Shown here in pieces: positions 27,115 to 36,630 of a DNA stretch of 64,000 bases. This DNA is from Nitrospirota bacterium. Lineage in GTDB: Bacteria; Nitrospirota; JACRHJ01. Under the pieces are notes generated by a model. The model did not search any database. It had not been told where the DNA came from and worked only from the letters and a program-made list of their open reading frames with translations. Made by a program: the position numbers and the translations under genes. The stretch is taken from contig JACRHJ010000028.1 of NCBI GenBank assembly GCA_016212105.1, forward strand, positions 11,689 through 75,688. Reading direction: 5' to 3'. Position 1 is the first letter of the stretch, and every line of letters starts with the position of its first letter.

Positions 27115-30100
27115 CTACCCGGTCTTCTTGAGCATCTCGGCGAAGACCCGCGCCACCTCGGGGTCGAACTGGCTGCCGGCGCAGCGGGCTATCTCCTCGA
27201 CCGCGAACTCGAAACCGAGGGACTTCCTGTACGGCCTGTCCGCGGTCATGGAGTCGAACGAGTCCGCGACGCAGAGTATCCTGGCGAGGAGCGGGATGTC
27301 CTCGCCCGCGAGCCCGGCCGGGTACCCCCTGCCGTCCCACCGCTCGTGGTGGTGCCTTATTATGGGGATCATATCCTTGAACTGCTTTATCGGCCCCAGG
27401 ATGTTCGCGCCCGCGTCCGGGTGTTTCCTAATCAGGCCGAACTCCTCGTCCGTCAGCTTCCCGGCCTTGTTGAGTATCTCGTCGTAGGTGCCTATCTTGC
27501 CGATGTCGTGGAGCAGCCCGCCCAGCCGCAGCGCGTCCAAATCCTTCTGGCCGAGGCCCATCCTGGCCGCGGTCATCATCGCGTAGTTCGTGACCCGCTC
27601 CGAGTGGCCCTTGGTCCAGGGGGACTTCGCGTCTATCGCCGATGCCATCGCGGTGACTACGCCTATGAACATCTCCTCGACGTCCGATATCAGGCGGGTG
27701 TTCTCGATGGCGATGCCCATCTGGCGGGCGAGGTTCTCTATGGTCTCCACGTCCTCCGGCGAGAAGCCCGCGACCCTGTAGCTGCCCACGTGCAGCAGGC
27801 CGAAACCCTTGTCCTTGCAGACTATCGGGACGAATATGTCGGACTTGATGCCGCCCTCCAGGAAAAACCTGTCCATGACCGACGGGTCGGGTTCGTCCGC
27901 GAGGTCCAAGCGGACGAGCGTCTTGCCGGCCTTCAGCGTCTGGTAGCCAGCGCAGTGGGCGAACGGTACGGTATCGCCTATGTTCATGCCCAGGCACCAG
28001 CCGTAGGCGAAACGGAGGACGCCCGCGTCATCGTCGGCCAGCAGGACGCCCGCGATGTCCGCCGGGGCGACCCGCCTTATCTGCGACAACGCGCCCGTCA
28101 TCATCTCGTCCCGGTCGAGCGTGGAGAGTATCTTCTTGTCTATCTCGGAGAGTACCTTCAGCGTCTCGACCGAGCGGGCGAGCTCGATGCCCTTGTTCCG
28201 CGTCTCGGCGTACAGGCGGCTGTTGTCGTGCGCGACGCCAAGCTGTCTTGCGATGCCCTCGATTATCTCCGCCACGCGCGGGTCGTCCGGCAGGCTGTCG
28301 TGGTTTGTCAGGATGAACCCGACTACGCCGTCACGCACCGGTATCGGGGTCACGACCGCCTCCTTCAGCCGGAGCGGCCCTGCGTAGGCGGCGTCGATGT
28401 ACATCGGGAGCGAGTCAGTGTCGAACCGGAGCGTCTTTTTCGCCGAGATAGTCATCCGGAACAGGCCTATGTCACTCGCCCTGCCCCTCATCGCGTGGAA
28501 GGACGTCTGGTTTTCCTCCGGGATCCCGGCCGCCTTCTTGGGGATCAGCATCCCGTCCCTCGCCAGGGTGAAGATGAAGACGCCTTTCGCGCCGGTGAAC
28601 CTCAGCAGGAGGCCGGCCATGCTCTCGGCTACCTCGTCCCAGACGAGGTTGCCGCCCGCGACTTTGGACGCCTCCAGCAGCGCGCCGCTGACGGCGGCCT
28701 CGTTCTTGAGCGCCTCCTCCGCCAGCATCTGCTCCGTGATGTCTAAACCCATCTCGAGGATGGATATGGTCCCGTCGGAGTTTGTGAACGGGAAGTCGAA
28801 CACGTCGTAATGCCTGCCGTCCGGCCCGCTCCACAGCCACTTGTGCGGCGACATGGTCTCCAGCGCCTTGAACGTCTCACACATCTCGCACGGCTTGGTG
28901 CGGCCGAATATGAACTCGTAGCAATGCCTGCCGCCCGACTCGCCGAAGTACTCCCTGAATACGCGGTTGGCGAAGGAGACGCGGTAGTCGGGCGTCAGTA
29001 TGCCAATGTAAACGGGGAGCGTCTCAAGGACGTCGTTGAACCGCTCGCGCTCCGCCTTCACCGCCTCCTCGGCGCGCTTGCGTTCAGTTATGTCCCTTGC
29101 GTAATGCACCGAGCCGATGAGCCGGCCCTCCTGGTCGTGCAGGGGCGAGACCGAGACGAGGAAGTATCCGCCGAGCCGCTCCTCGTAAATCTCCGTGGAA
29201 TGCGGCTGTCCGTCCGCAAGCAGCAACTGGTGTGGACACATCGGGTGCGGCTTGTCCAGGCCGTGGACCTCCCTGTAGCAGGTCATGCCGATAGCGCCTT
29301 TCACGGTCGTCCCCAGCTTGTCCGCCATCGCCCTGTTCACGCGGGTCATCCGGAAGTCTGTGTCGAGGAGCATTATCGGGTCGGTGATGGCGTCGAAGGT
29401 CTGCTCCCACTCCTCCTTGCCCCGCTTTATGACCCCTTCCATGTGCGTGCGCCGCTTTTCCTGCTCGATGGACAGCAGCGCGAAAGACAGGTCTCCCGCA
29501 AGCTCGTCCAGCAGGCTTACCTCGTCGTCGTCGAAGAAGCCCGCCTCTCCGGAGTACACCATGAAGGCGCCGACTATTACTTCACCGTCAGTCAGCGGGA
29601 AGGCCGCGCTGGACAGGTAGCCGCGCGCAAGCGCGGCCTCCCTCCACGGCGCCATCGCGGGGTTTGTCGCGGTGTCGTTGTTTATGCAGTGCGTCCCGGT
29701 GCGTACCGCGGTACCGGTCGGCCCCCTGCCCAACAGCACGTCCTCGACGGTTATGTTTATGTTTTCGAGGTAACTATCCTCGCAGCCATGATAAGCGGCA
29801 GGCCTTACGGACCTCCCGTCCTCGTCCAGCAGGCCGACCCAGGCCATCCTGAAGAGGCCCCTGTCCACCGCGATGCGGCATACACCGTCGAAAAGCGACT
29901 TTCTGTCCGCTACCCTGACGATAAGCTGGTTTACAGACCTCAGGAAGGCGTAGAGCCTGTTGAGCTTTACCAGCGCCGCTTCCGCGTGCCTGCGGCCCCG
30001 CCGGACCGCCGCCTCGGCCAGCTCCCTGTCGATGGCGGGCGCGAGCCTGGACAGCCGGTCCTTCATGATGTAGTCGTGCGCCCCGGCCTTCATGCACGCG

Positions 30101-30381
30101 ACGGCGGCCACCTCGCCTATGCTCCCGGACACAATTATGAAGGGTATGTCCAGGCCCTTCCCGTGCAGCAGTTCGAGCGCGGCCGGCCCTGAGAACCGTG
30201 GCATGGTGTAATCGCAGAGGACGACGTCCCACCGCCCGGATTCCAGCGCATCGGCAAACGCATCCGGGGTGTCCACCCTTTCATATGCGAGGTCATAGCC
30301 CGAACGTCTCAGCTCCCTCGCGACCAGCAGGGCGTCCTCCTCGGAGTCCTCGACCATGAGCGCCTTCAAACTCTTTTCCAT
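27115..30381 (-). CDS. multidomain c-di-GMP phosphodiesterase: REC-GAF-PAS(x2-3)-GAF-HD-GYP
   Basis: 1088 aa. The receiver has ALMVEDSEEDALL and DVVLCDYTMPRFSG. The HD-GYP domain has LLHDIGKIG and HHERWDGRGYPAGL. Confidence 0.92.
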   Translation of the reverse strand: MEKSLKALMVEDSEEDALLVARELRRSGYDLAYERVDTPDAFADALESGRWDVVLCDYTMPRFSGPAALELLHGKGLDIPFIIVSGSIGEVAAVACMKAGAHDYIMKDRLSRLAPAIDRELAEAAVRRGRRHAEAALVKLNRLYAFLRSVNQLIVRVADRKSLFDGVCRIAVDRGLFRMAWVGLLDEDGRSVRPAAYHGCEDSYLENINITVEDVLLGRGPTGTAVRTGTHCINNDTATNPAMAPWREAALARGYLSSAAFPLTDGEVIVGAFMVYSGEAGFFDDDEVSLLDELAGDLSFALLSIEQEKRRTHMEGVIKRGKEEWEQTFDAITDPIMLLDTDFRMTRVNRAMADKLGTTVKGAIGMTCYREVHGLDKPHPMCPHQLLLADGQPHSTEIYEERLGGYFLVSVSPLHDQEGRLIGSVHYARDITERKRAEEAVKAERERFNDVLETLPVYIGILTPDYRVSFANRVFREYFGESGGRHCYEFIFGRTKPCEMCETFKALETMSPHKWLWSGPDGRHYDVFDFPFTNSDGTISILEMGLDITEQMLAEEALKNEAAVSGALLEASKVAGGNLVWDEVAESMAGLLLRFTGAKGVFIFTLARDGMLIPKKAAGIPEENQTSFHAMRGRASDIGLFRMTISAKKTLRFDTDSLPMYIDAAYAGPLRLKEAVVTPIPVRDGVVGFILTNHDSLPDDPRVAEIIEGIARQLGVAHDNSRLYAETRNKGIELARSVETLKVLSEIDKKILSTLDRDEMMTGALSQIRRVAPADIAGVLLADDDAGVLRFAYGWCLGMNIGDTVPFAHCAGYQTLKAGKTLVRLDLADEPDPSVMDRFFLEGGIKSDIFVPIVCKDKGFGLLHVGSYRVAGFSPEDVETIENLARQMGIAIENTRLISDVEEMFIGVVTAMASAIDAKSPWTKGHSERVTNYAMMTAARMGLGQKDLDALRLGGLLHDIGKIGTYDEILNKAGKLTDEEFGLIRKHPDAGANILGPIKQFKDMIPIIRHHHERWDGRGYPAGLAGEDIPLLARILCVADSFDSMTADRPYRKSLGFEFAVEEIARCAGSQFDPEVARVFAEMLKKTG

Positions 30382-30393
30382 GTCTTCCCCCGG

Positions 30394-30831
30394 TTACATC
30401 GTCGGCGGAACGTTCAGCAACAGCCAGTAAAGCCCTATCTGGCGCACCGTGTCGGAGAACTGGGTGAAGTCCACCGGCTTCCTTATGTAGCTGTTGCAGC
30501 CCAGGCTGTACCCCTTGATCAGGTCGGACTCCTCTTTGGACGACGTGAGGATTATAACCGGCAGCATCTTCGTCGCCTCGTTTTCGCGCAACATTTTCAG
30601 CACCTCTATGCCGTCCATCCTGGGCAGTTTCAGGTCCAGGAGGACTATCATCGGCAACTCGCTTATGTCGCGGCCCTCGTAACTTCCGGTGCCGAAGACG
30701 TAGTCCACCGCCTCCACGCCGTCCCTGGCGACGACCACCTCGTTCAGGATGTTGTTCTTCTTGAGCGCGCGTAGCGTAAGCTCCACGTCGTCGGGGTTGT
30801 CTTCCACCAGGAGTATCCTTTTGTCCTTCAT
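30394..30831 (-). CDS. single-domain response regulator (CheY-like)
   Basis: 145 aa with ILLVEDNPDDVEL, IVLLDLKLPRMDG, ILTSS and IRKP. It overlaps the upstream kinase gene by 4 nt. Confidence 0.93.
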   Translation of the reverse strand: MKDKRILLVEDNPDDVELTLRALKKNNILNEVVVARDGVEAVDYVFGTGSYEGRDISELPMIVLLDLKLPRMDGIEVLKMLRENEATKMLPVIILTSSKEESDLIKGYSLGCNSYIRKPVDFTQFSDTVRQIGLYWLLLNVPPTM

Positions 30832-32966
30832 GCCGCCTCCTTTAATATTGCCGGTACGTCCTGTCCTATCGTGAAGTAGAACGTCGCGCCCTTCTCAACC
30901 GCCCCTTCCGCCCATACCTTCCCGCCGTGCCGCGCAATGATGCGCTGGACGGTAGCGAGGCCTATGCCCGTACCGGGAAAGTCCGTGACGGCGTGCAGCC
31001 GCTGGAACGGCCCGAACAGTTTGTCGCTGTACGCCATGTCGAACCCCGACCCGTCGTCCCTGACAAAATAGGCCTGCCTGCCGTCTTTGACGGTGCCGCC
31101 GACCTCTATCCTCGCGCTTGCGTGCTTCGAGGTGAACTTCCAGGCGTTGCCGATCAGGTTGTCCATTACGACCCTCAGGAGCTGCGGGTCGCCGTCCACG
31201 GACAGCCCATCCTGTACAATCAACTCGACCTGCCGTCCGGCCTGCGTTTCACTCAGCCCCTCGGCGGCTTTCCGCGCGACGGCGCTCAGGTCCACGCTCT
31301 CCCGCTGCATCTCGCCCCGCGTCACGCGGGAGAGCTTCAGGAGGTCGTCGATGAGCTGCCCCATCCTCTGGCTGGCCGCGCGCACACGGTGCAGGCAGTC
31401 CCTGCCCTGGTCGTCCAGTTTGTCCTCGTAGTCCTCGAGCACGGCCTGGCTGAATCCGTCTATGCTCCGGAGCGGGGAGCGGAGGTCGTGTGAGACAGAG
31501 TAGCAGAACGCCTCCAGCTCCTTGTTCGCGGAGGTAAGCTGGGACGTGCGCTCTGCGACACGCAGCTCCAGTTCCTCGTTAATCCTCCTGACGGCGTCCT
31601 CCGCCTTCTTGCGTTCGGTGATGTCGCGCGTGACCTTCAGGAAGCCGCGCAGTCCGCCGTCATCGTCCTTTAACGCGGTGATGACAACATTTGCCCAGAA
31701 GGCCGAGCCGTCCTTCCTGACCCTGTAGCCCTCGTCCTCGTATCTGCCGGCCAGGGCCACCAGCTCAAGCTCGCGCGCGGGCTTCCCGGCGTCTCTGTCC
31801 CCGGCGGGATAAAAGCAGGAGAAATGCCTGCCAATGGCCTCGCTGGAGGTATAGCCCTTTATCCTCTCCGCGCCTTCGTTCCAGCTGGCAATATTGCCGT
31901 CCGGGTCCAGCATCACGATCGCATAGTCCTTTACGGCCTTCACCATCAGGCGGAACCGCTCCTCGCTTTTTATCAGGTCCTTCTCCGCAAGCCTGCGCTC
32001 CCTGGCCTCCGCCATCAGGTGCTCGTTGGTGACGGTCAGTTCCGCAGTCCTCTCATCCACCAGCTCCTCGAGCCGCTCGCGGTGTTCGCGCAGCTCGTCC
32101 TCTGAGCGTTTCAGCGCCCGCGCCGCCAGGACGAAAAAACCGACGACGAAGCAGAGGTTGACAAGCGTGGTAAGCGCGGCCCCGTATTCGCGCGTCACCA
32201 GGTCCCTGTCTCTCAGGTAAAGCCTGAACCAGCCGGTGGATATTTCCAGCGCAATTACGGCGGGCAGGAGCCGCCTGGCCAACAGCCCCGCGGCCCCCTC
32301 GTCAGAGACGACCTTCATGATCCCGTAGCCCGGACGCGAGAAGATTATGCCGAGGAACATAAGGACGAAGGCTATGGAGGTATGGACCGCTATGTTCGTA
32401 TACCTCGCCAGCGGGACGAGCGGGATGGCCCCGTAAAGGGCGCTGATGACGCCGAGCAGGGAGAAGGCTCCCGCGACGGCCGTCAGCGCGTTGACGACGG
32501 CGAGTTTGCGGTCATCGCTGTGATAATAGAGCGCGACCCCGAAAAGGACGAAGTTCAAGGCGGTCACGGGCGACATCCTGCCGGGGTACGGCGACTGCGC
32601 GGTAACCTGCGGGTCGGTGAACAGCATCTGGTCTATACCAAAATCGATGCCGGCGGCATACTCCAAGGCGTTGAGCGCGCCGAGCGACACGGCTACGAGC
32701 GCAAGCGCCCGAGCGAATATAACCGGTGCGGAGGTCCCCTTGCCGCCGTATACCGTGAGAGTCGAAAGCGCGGTCCCGATGCATATGAACGAGACAGCCG
32801 TGTTCGCCTTCATCGAGACGTGGCCGGGTATGAGCACGGTCAGGGATTCGAGGCCCAGGGCCCATCCCGCGAGCACGGCCAGGCCGATGGCCGCGACCGA
32901 GATGCCGAGCCAGACGGACGCCCTTATGAAGGCGCCTTTGTTCAAGGCCGTTTCCAGTTTTGCCAT
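30828..32966 (-). CDS. sensor histidine kinase with polytopic N-terminal membrane domain, PAS, HisKA, HATPase_c
   Basis: 712 aa. The first roughly 280 aa contain several TM helices. The H-box is SVSHDLRSPLRSI. The ATPase boxes are NLIGNAWKFT, DDGSGF and GTGIGLATV. Confidence 0.92.
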   Translation of the reverse strand: MAKLETALNKGAFIRASVWLGISVAAIGLAVLAGWALGLESLTVLIPGHVSMKANTAVSFICIGTALSTLTVYGGKGTSAPVIFARALALVAVSLGALNALEYAAGIDFGIDQMLFTDPQVTAQSPYPGRMSPVTALNFVLFGVALYYHSDDRKLAVVNALTAVAGAFSLLGVISALYGAIPLVPLARYTNIAVHTSIAFVLMFLGIIFSRPGYGIMKVVSDEGAAGLLARRLLPAVIALEISTGWFRLYLRDRDLVTREYGAALTTLVNLCFVVGFFVLAARALKRSEDELREHRERLEELVDERTAELTVTNEHLMAEARERRLAEKDLIKSEERFRLMVKAVKDYAIVMLDPDGNIASWNEGAERIKGYTSSEAIGRHFSCFYPAGDRDAGKPARELELVALAGRYEDEGYRVRKDGSAFWANVVITALKDDDGGLRGFLKVTRDITERKKAEDAVRRINEELELRVAERTSQLTSANKELEAFCYSVSHDLRSPLRSIDGFSQAVLEDYEDKLDDQGRDCLHRVRAASQRMGQLIDDLLKLSRVTRGEMQRESVDLSAVARKAAEGLSETQAGRQVELIVQDGLSVDGDPQLLRVVMDNLIGNAWKFTSKHASARIEVGGTVKDGRQAYFVRDDGSGFDMAYSDKLFGPFQRLHAVTDFPGTGIGLATVQRIIARHGGKVWAEGAVEKGATFYFTIGQDVPAILKEAA

Positions 32967-33197
32967 GCGTCACCCTGACAGCGACGAGTTCCGTCGCGGG
33001 AAGTAATAACGTGCCGGTTGAGCGTATCCATGGAGGAGAGACATTTGGTGCGTAAAACTCGGTCGAGCTTTCCTGATAATATTATAGCACAATTATATTT
33101 ATGCGCATCCCGGTCTGTAAAACATGTTTAGTTCGGGGCGCGCCCCCCGCCGCCCCGGACGAATCTCGCCGCATCCTTATAAAAAACATCAATAAAG

Positions 33198-33225
33198 TTG
33201 CCTCTGGCGGACTCTGTGGTATAAT
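33198..33225 (+). promoter_or_regulatory. extended -10 promoter upstream of galT-glgA
   Basis: TTGCCT (33198-33203), a 16-nt spacer ending in TGg, then TATAAT (33220-33225). Confidence 0.55.
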
Positions 33226-33280
33226 CAATAAATGCGGCGGACCAAAAAAACAACATGGCCATCCACCCGGAGGTAAGTTT

Positions 33281-34282
33281 ATGCCCGAGCTGAGGAAAGA
33301 CCCCATCATAGGCAGGTGGGTAATCATATCGTCCGAGAGGGGGAAGCGGCCCTCGGACTTCACGGACGGCGGCGAGCGCAAGCGGAAGGGCGGCTTCTGC
33401 CCGTTCGACATAGGCAACGAGCACACGACCCCGCCTGAGATACTGTCGTACCGCGAGGACGGAACCGCGCCGAATACGCCGGGCTGGAACCTCCGCGTCG
33501 TGGCGAACAAGTTCCCAGCGCTCCAGATAGAGGGCGACCTCAACAAGCAGGGCGAGGGCGTCTTCGACAAGATGAACGGCGTCGGGGCGCACGAGGTCAT
33601 AATCGAGACCCCGCTCCACGACGCGACGCTCTCGACCATGGCCCTGAAGGACGTGGAGAACGTCCTGTGGGCCTACCGGGACCGCATAGTGGACCTCAAG
33701 AAGGACAAGCGCTTCCAGTACGTCCTGATATTCAAGAACGAGGGCGAGGCGGCCGGGGCGTCGCTTGAGCACTCGCACTCCCAGCTCATAGCGCTGCCCA
33801 TCGTCCCCAAACGCGTCCGCGAGGAGATAGACGGCGCGAAGCAGTACTACGACTACAAGGAACGCTGCGTATTCTGCGACATTATAAGGCAGGAGCTTAA
33901 CGCGGGCATACGGGTCGTGAGCGAGAACAAGGACTTCGTCGCGCTTGAGCCGTTCACGCCGCGCTTCCCGTTCGAGACCTGGATACTGCCCAAGAAGCAC
34001 GACTCCTGCTTCGAGGACGCGAGGACGCACGAGTTCCCGTCGCTCGCGGAGATACTCCAGACGACGCTCAGGCGCATAGACAAGGTGCTGAACGTCCCGC
34101 CTTACAACTACATACTGCACAGCTCGCCGTTCCGCGAGCCGGACAACGACTACTACCACTGGCACATGGAGATAATGCCCAAGCTGACCAAGGTCGCGGG
34201 ATTTGAGTGGGGCTCGGGATTTTACATAAACCCGACCGCTCCGGAGGAGGCCGCGAAGTTCCTCAGGGAGGCGAAGATATAG
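33281..34282 (+). CDS. galT: galactose-1-phosphate uridylyltransferase family (GalT/HIT superfamily) enzyme
   Basis: The ATG at 33281 lies 6 nt after GGAGGT. The N-terminus MPELRKDPIIGRWVIIS is typical. The active-site HxHxQ is present as HSHSQL. The upstream part of ORF 33101.. is non-homologous. Confidence 0.9.
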   Translation: MPELRKDPIIGRWVIISSERGKRPSDFTDGGERKRKGGFCPFDIGNEHTTPPEILSYREDGTAPNTPGWNLRVVANKFPALQIEGDLNKQGEGVFDKMNGVGAHEVIIETPLHDATLSTMALKDVENVLWAYRDRIVDLKKDKRFQYVLIFKNEGEAAGASLEHSHSQLIALPIVPKRVREEIDGAKQYYDYKERCVFCDIIRQELNAGIRVVSENKDFVALEPFTPRFPFETWILPKKHDSCFEDARTHEFPSLAEILQTTLRRIDKVLNVPPYNYILHSSPFREPDNDYYHWHMEIMPKLTKVAGFEWGSGFYINPTAPEEAAKFLREAKI

Positions 34283-34284
34283 GG

Positions 34285-34512
34285 GCGCATGCCATGGTGT
34301 CGCCCCGTGCTTGACACGGGGGCCAGGAAGTTGCCTTGTCCGTCATTCCCGCCCCGGCTTTAGGCATACCGGGGTAAACTCCAGCGGGAATCCAGGAAGT
34401 AGATTTAATGTAGGGGCGGGTCCCCGTGCCCGCCCAGGTGTTAAAGGCAGGGCCGACACACGGGTCGGCCCCTGCATAAAAGCAGGTCCCTCCGATTCGG
34501 TCGGGACGACGG
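34285..34512. repeat. cluster R12 in the galT-glgA gap (B, A containing L, I, D, E)
   Basis: Modules: 34298-34331 B (inverted); 34342-34400 A interrupted by L; 34410-34435 I; 34446-34482 D; 34482-34510 E. Confidence 0.9.
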
Positions 34513-34526
34513 ACTTGCATGTATTA

Positions 34527-34571
34527 CCTCTGAATAGTTTTTGGGCCGCCTTTTTTCCAAAAAGGCGGGAC
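34527..34571 (+). repeat. T element copy 3
   Basis: cctctgaatagtttttgggccgccttttttccaaaaaggcgggac, followed by tttgcgtttgttg. Confidence 0.8.
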
Positions 34572-34622
34572 TTTGCGTTTGTTGCGTTCCCCCCCAATGT
34601 TCTTGAATTAAAGGAGGCAAAA

Positions 34623-36101
34623 ATGAAGGTAGCCCTAATTTCCCCGGAGGTCGTGCCGTTCGCCAAGACAGGCGGTCTCGCGGACGTCTCCGGCGCGCTG
34701 CCCAAGGCGCTCGCCAGGATCGGCGTCGAGGTCGCGGTCGTCATGCCCCGCTACCGGGCGGTGGACGAGAAGAAGTTCGGCCTGGTGCGGCACGCGCGGA
34801 AGGTCACGGCGAAGGTGGACGGCAGGGAGGTCGAGTCCGGCATCTTCGAGGGGAGCCTGCCCGGCGGGGTGAAGGTCTACTTCCTGGACAACCCGGCATA
34901 CTACGGCCGCGACCAGCTATACGGCACGCCGCAGGGCGACTACCCGGACAACGCCGAGCGGTTCACGTACTTCTGCAAGGCGGTCCCGGAGGTCCTGAAG
35001 GCGGTCGGCTTCAAGCCGGACGTCATGCACGTCAACGACTGGCAGTCCGGGCTGGTGCCGCTGTACCTCAAGGAGTTCTACGGCGCGGACCCTGACTTTA
35101 CGGGCACCGGCACGGTAATCACGGTGCACAACCTCGGCTACCAGGGCGTCTTCTGGGCGGAGGACATGCACCTGACGGGGCTCGGCTGGGAGCACTTCAC
35201 CCCGGACGGCATAGAGTTCTACGGCAAGATAAACTGCCTGAAGGCGGGCCTTGTCCACTCGGACATAATAAACACGGTGTCGAAGACGTACGGCAAGGAG
35301 ATCCAGACCCCGGAGTACGGATGCGGCCTGGAAGGTGTATTGACGGCGCGGGACGCCGACCTCTACGGCATAGTCAACGGCATAGACTACGACGAGTGGG
35401 ACCCGGAGAAGGACAAGAACCTCGCGCAGAACTTCGGCGCGGGCGACGTGAAGGGCAAGCTCGCCAACAAGAAGGCGCTCCTGAAAGAGCTTGGCCTGCC
35501 CGCGACGGGCAACAGGCCGCTGTTCGGGATAATCTCCCGGCTCGCCGACCAGAAAGGCCTCGACATCCTGTCCGAGTCCATGGACGAGATGCTCGGGCTG
35601 GGCGTCCAGTTCGTCATGCTCGGGACGGGAGAGGAGAAGTACCACAAGCTCTTCACCGAGCTTGCGAAAACGAACCCCAGGCAGGTCTCGGTCAACATCG
35701 GGTTCGACGCGAAGCTCGCGACGAGGATATACGCGGGCACGGACGTATTCCTCATGCCGTCCCGGTACGAACCGTGCGGGCTGGGCCAGCTCATAAGCCT
35801 CAGGTACGGCACCGTGCCGCTCGTCAGAAAGACCGGCGGCCTCGCGGACACGGTCAAGAACTACAGCGTCAGGACTGGCAAGGGCAACGGGTTCGTCTTC
35901 ACGGACTACTCGTCCAGGGCGCTGATGAAGGCGGTAAAGGCCGCGGTCGCCGCGTATGAGGACAAGGCGGCCTGGAAGGGGCTTGTCGAGCGCGGCATGA
36001 ACGAGGACAACTCCTGGGAGCGCTCGGCCAGGGAGTATGTCAAGCTATACAGGAAGGCGATGGACAAGGCGGCGGCCAAGGAGGAGGACGCGGCGGCGTA
36101 G
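34623..36101 (+). CDS. glgA: glycogen (starch) synthase GlgA
   Basis: The start MKVALISPEVVPFAKTGGLADV carries the KTGGL motif and has GGAGG upstream. The gene encodes 492 aa. The 104 upstream codons of ORF 34311.. are repeat modules. Confidence 0.95.
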   Translation: MKVALISPEVVPFAKTGGLADVSGALPKALARIGVEVAVVMPRYRAVDEKKFGLVRHARKVTAKVDGREVESGIFEGSLPGGVKVYFLDNPAYYGRDQLYGTPQGDYPDNAERFTYFCKAVPEVLKAVGFKPDVMHVNDWQSGLVPLYLKEFYGADPDFTGTGTVITVHNLGYQGVFWAEDMHLTGLGWEHFTPDGIEFYGKINCLKAGLVHSDIINTVSKTYGKEIQTPEYGCGLEGVLTARDADLYGIVNGIDYDEWDPEKDKNLAQNFGAGDVKGKLANKKALLKELGLPATGNRPLFGIISRLADQKGLDILSESMDEMLGLGVQFVMLGTGEEKYHKLFTELAKTNPRQVSVNIGFDAKLATRIYAGTDVFLMPSRYEPCGLGQLISLRYGTVPLVRKTGGLADTVKNYSVRTGKGNGFVFTDYSSRALMKAVKAAVAAYEDKAAWKGLVERGMNEDNSWERSAREYVKLYRKAMDKAAAKEEDAAA

Positions 36102-36630
36102 GGGCGTCCCTCACTCGGCGCGGGACGCCCGCACCTGATGCTGTCATTCCCGCGAAAGCGGGAATCCATTGTTTCCGTAGGGGCCGCACCAAGCGAAGCG
36201 CGTGTCGGCCCTTTCATAGAATTCCTGGACCCCCGTCTTCACGGGGGTGACGGTCAGGGCCGACCCGTGTGCCGGCCCCATAAACTTCCTGGACCCCGTG
36301 TCAGGCACGGGGCGACATGGATATTTCGGTTGTCATTCCCGCATCGCGGGAACAGATGTATTTGTAGGGCGCGACGCCCCCGGCGCGCCGGGTTTTTACT
36401 CGGTTGTAGCTGCCCCATTTATGGGGCGAATTTAAAACGCCCGATGAACCGGGCAGCTACATTGCAGTTGTAGGGGCGCAATTATTGCGCCCGCACCGAT
36501 TTGTACAAAAGCAGATTCTTCGCTGCGCTCAGAATGACACCGTTTAATACAAAAGCAGGGCCGGCACACGGGTCGGCCCCTGCATAAAGGCAACTTCCTG
36601 GACCCCGTGTCAGGCACGGGGCGACATGTA
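36098..36630. repeat. cluster R13, the densest array (about 13 modules: K', A, R, Q, D, B, A, K, H', H, C, F, D, B)
   Basis: Modules are contiguous from the glgA stop to the kinase start. Examples: 36143-36167 A; 36178-36212 R; 36364-36389 K; 36470-36493 C; 36594-36625 B. Confidence 0.9.

Noticed and set aside
27079-30192. Plus-strand ORFs 27079..28746 (555 aa) and 28810..30192 (460 aa)
   Set aside because: They lie antisense to the REC-GAF-PAS-HD-GYP gene, whose domains are clear. No motifs were found, and the composition is an artefact.
36098-36630. CRISPR array as an explanation for the dense intergenic repeats
   Set aside because: The repeats belong to many different families, occur in both orientations and abut each other without unique spacers of constant length. 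No cas genes are present.
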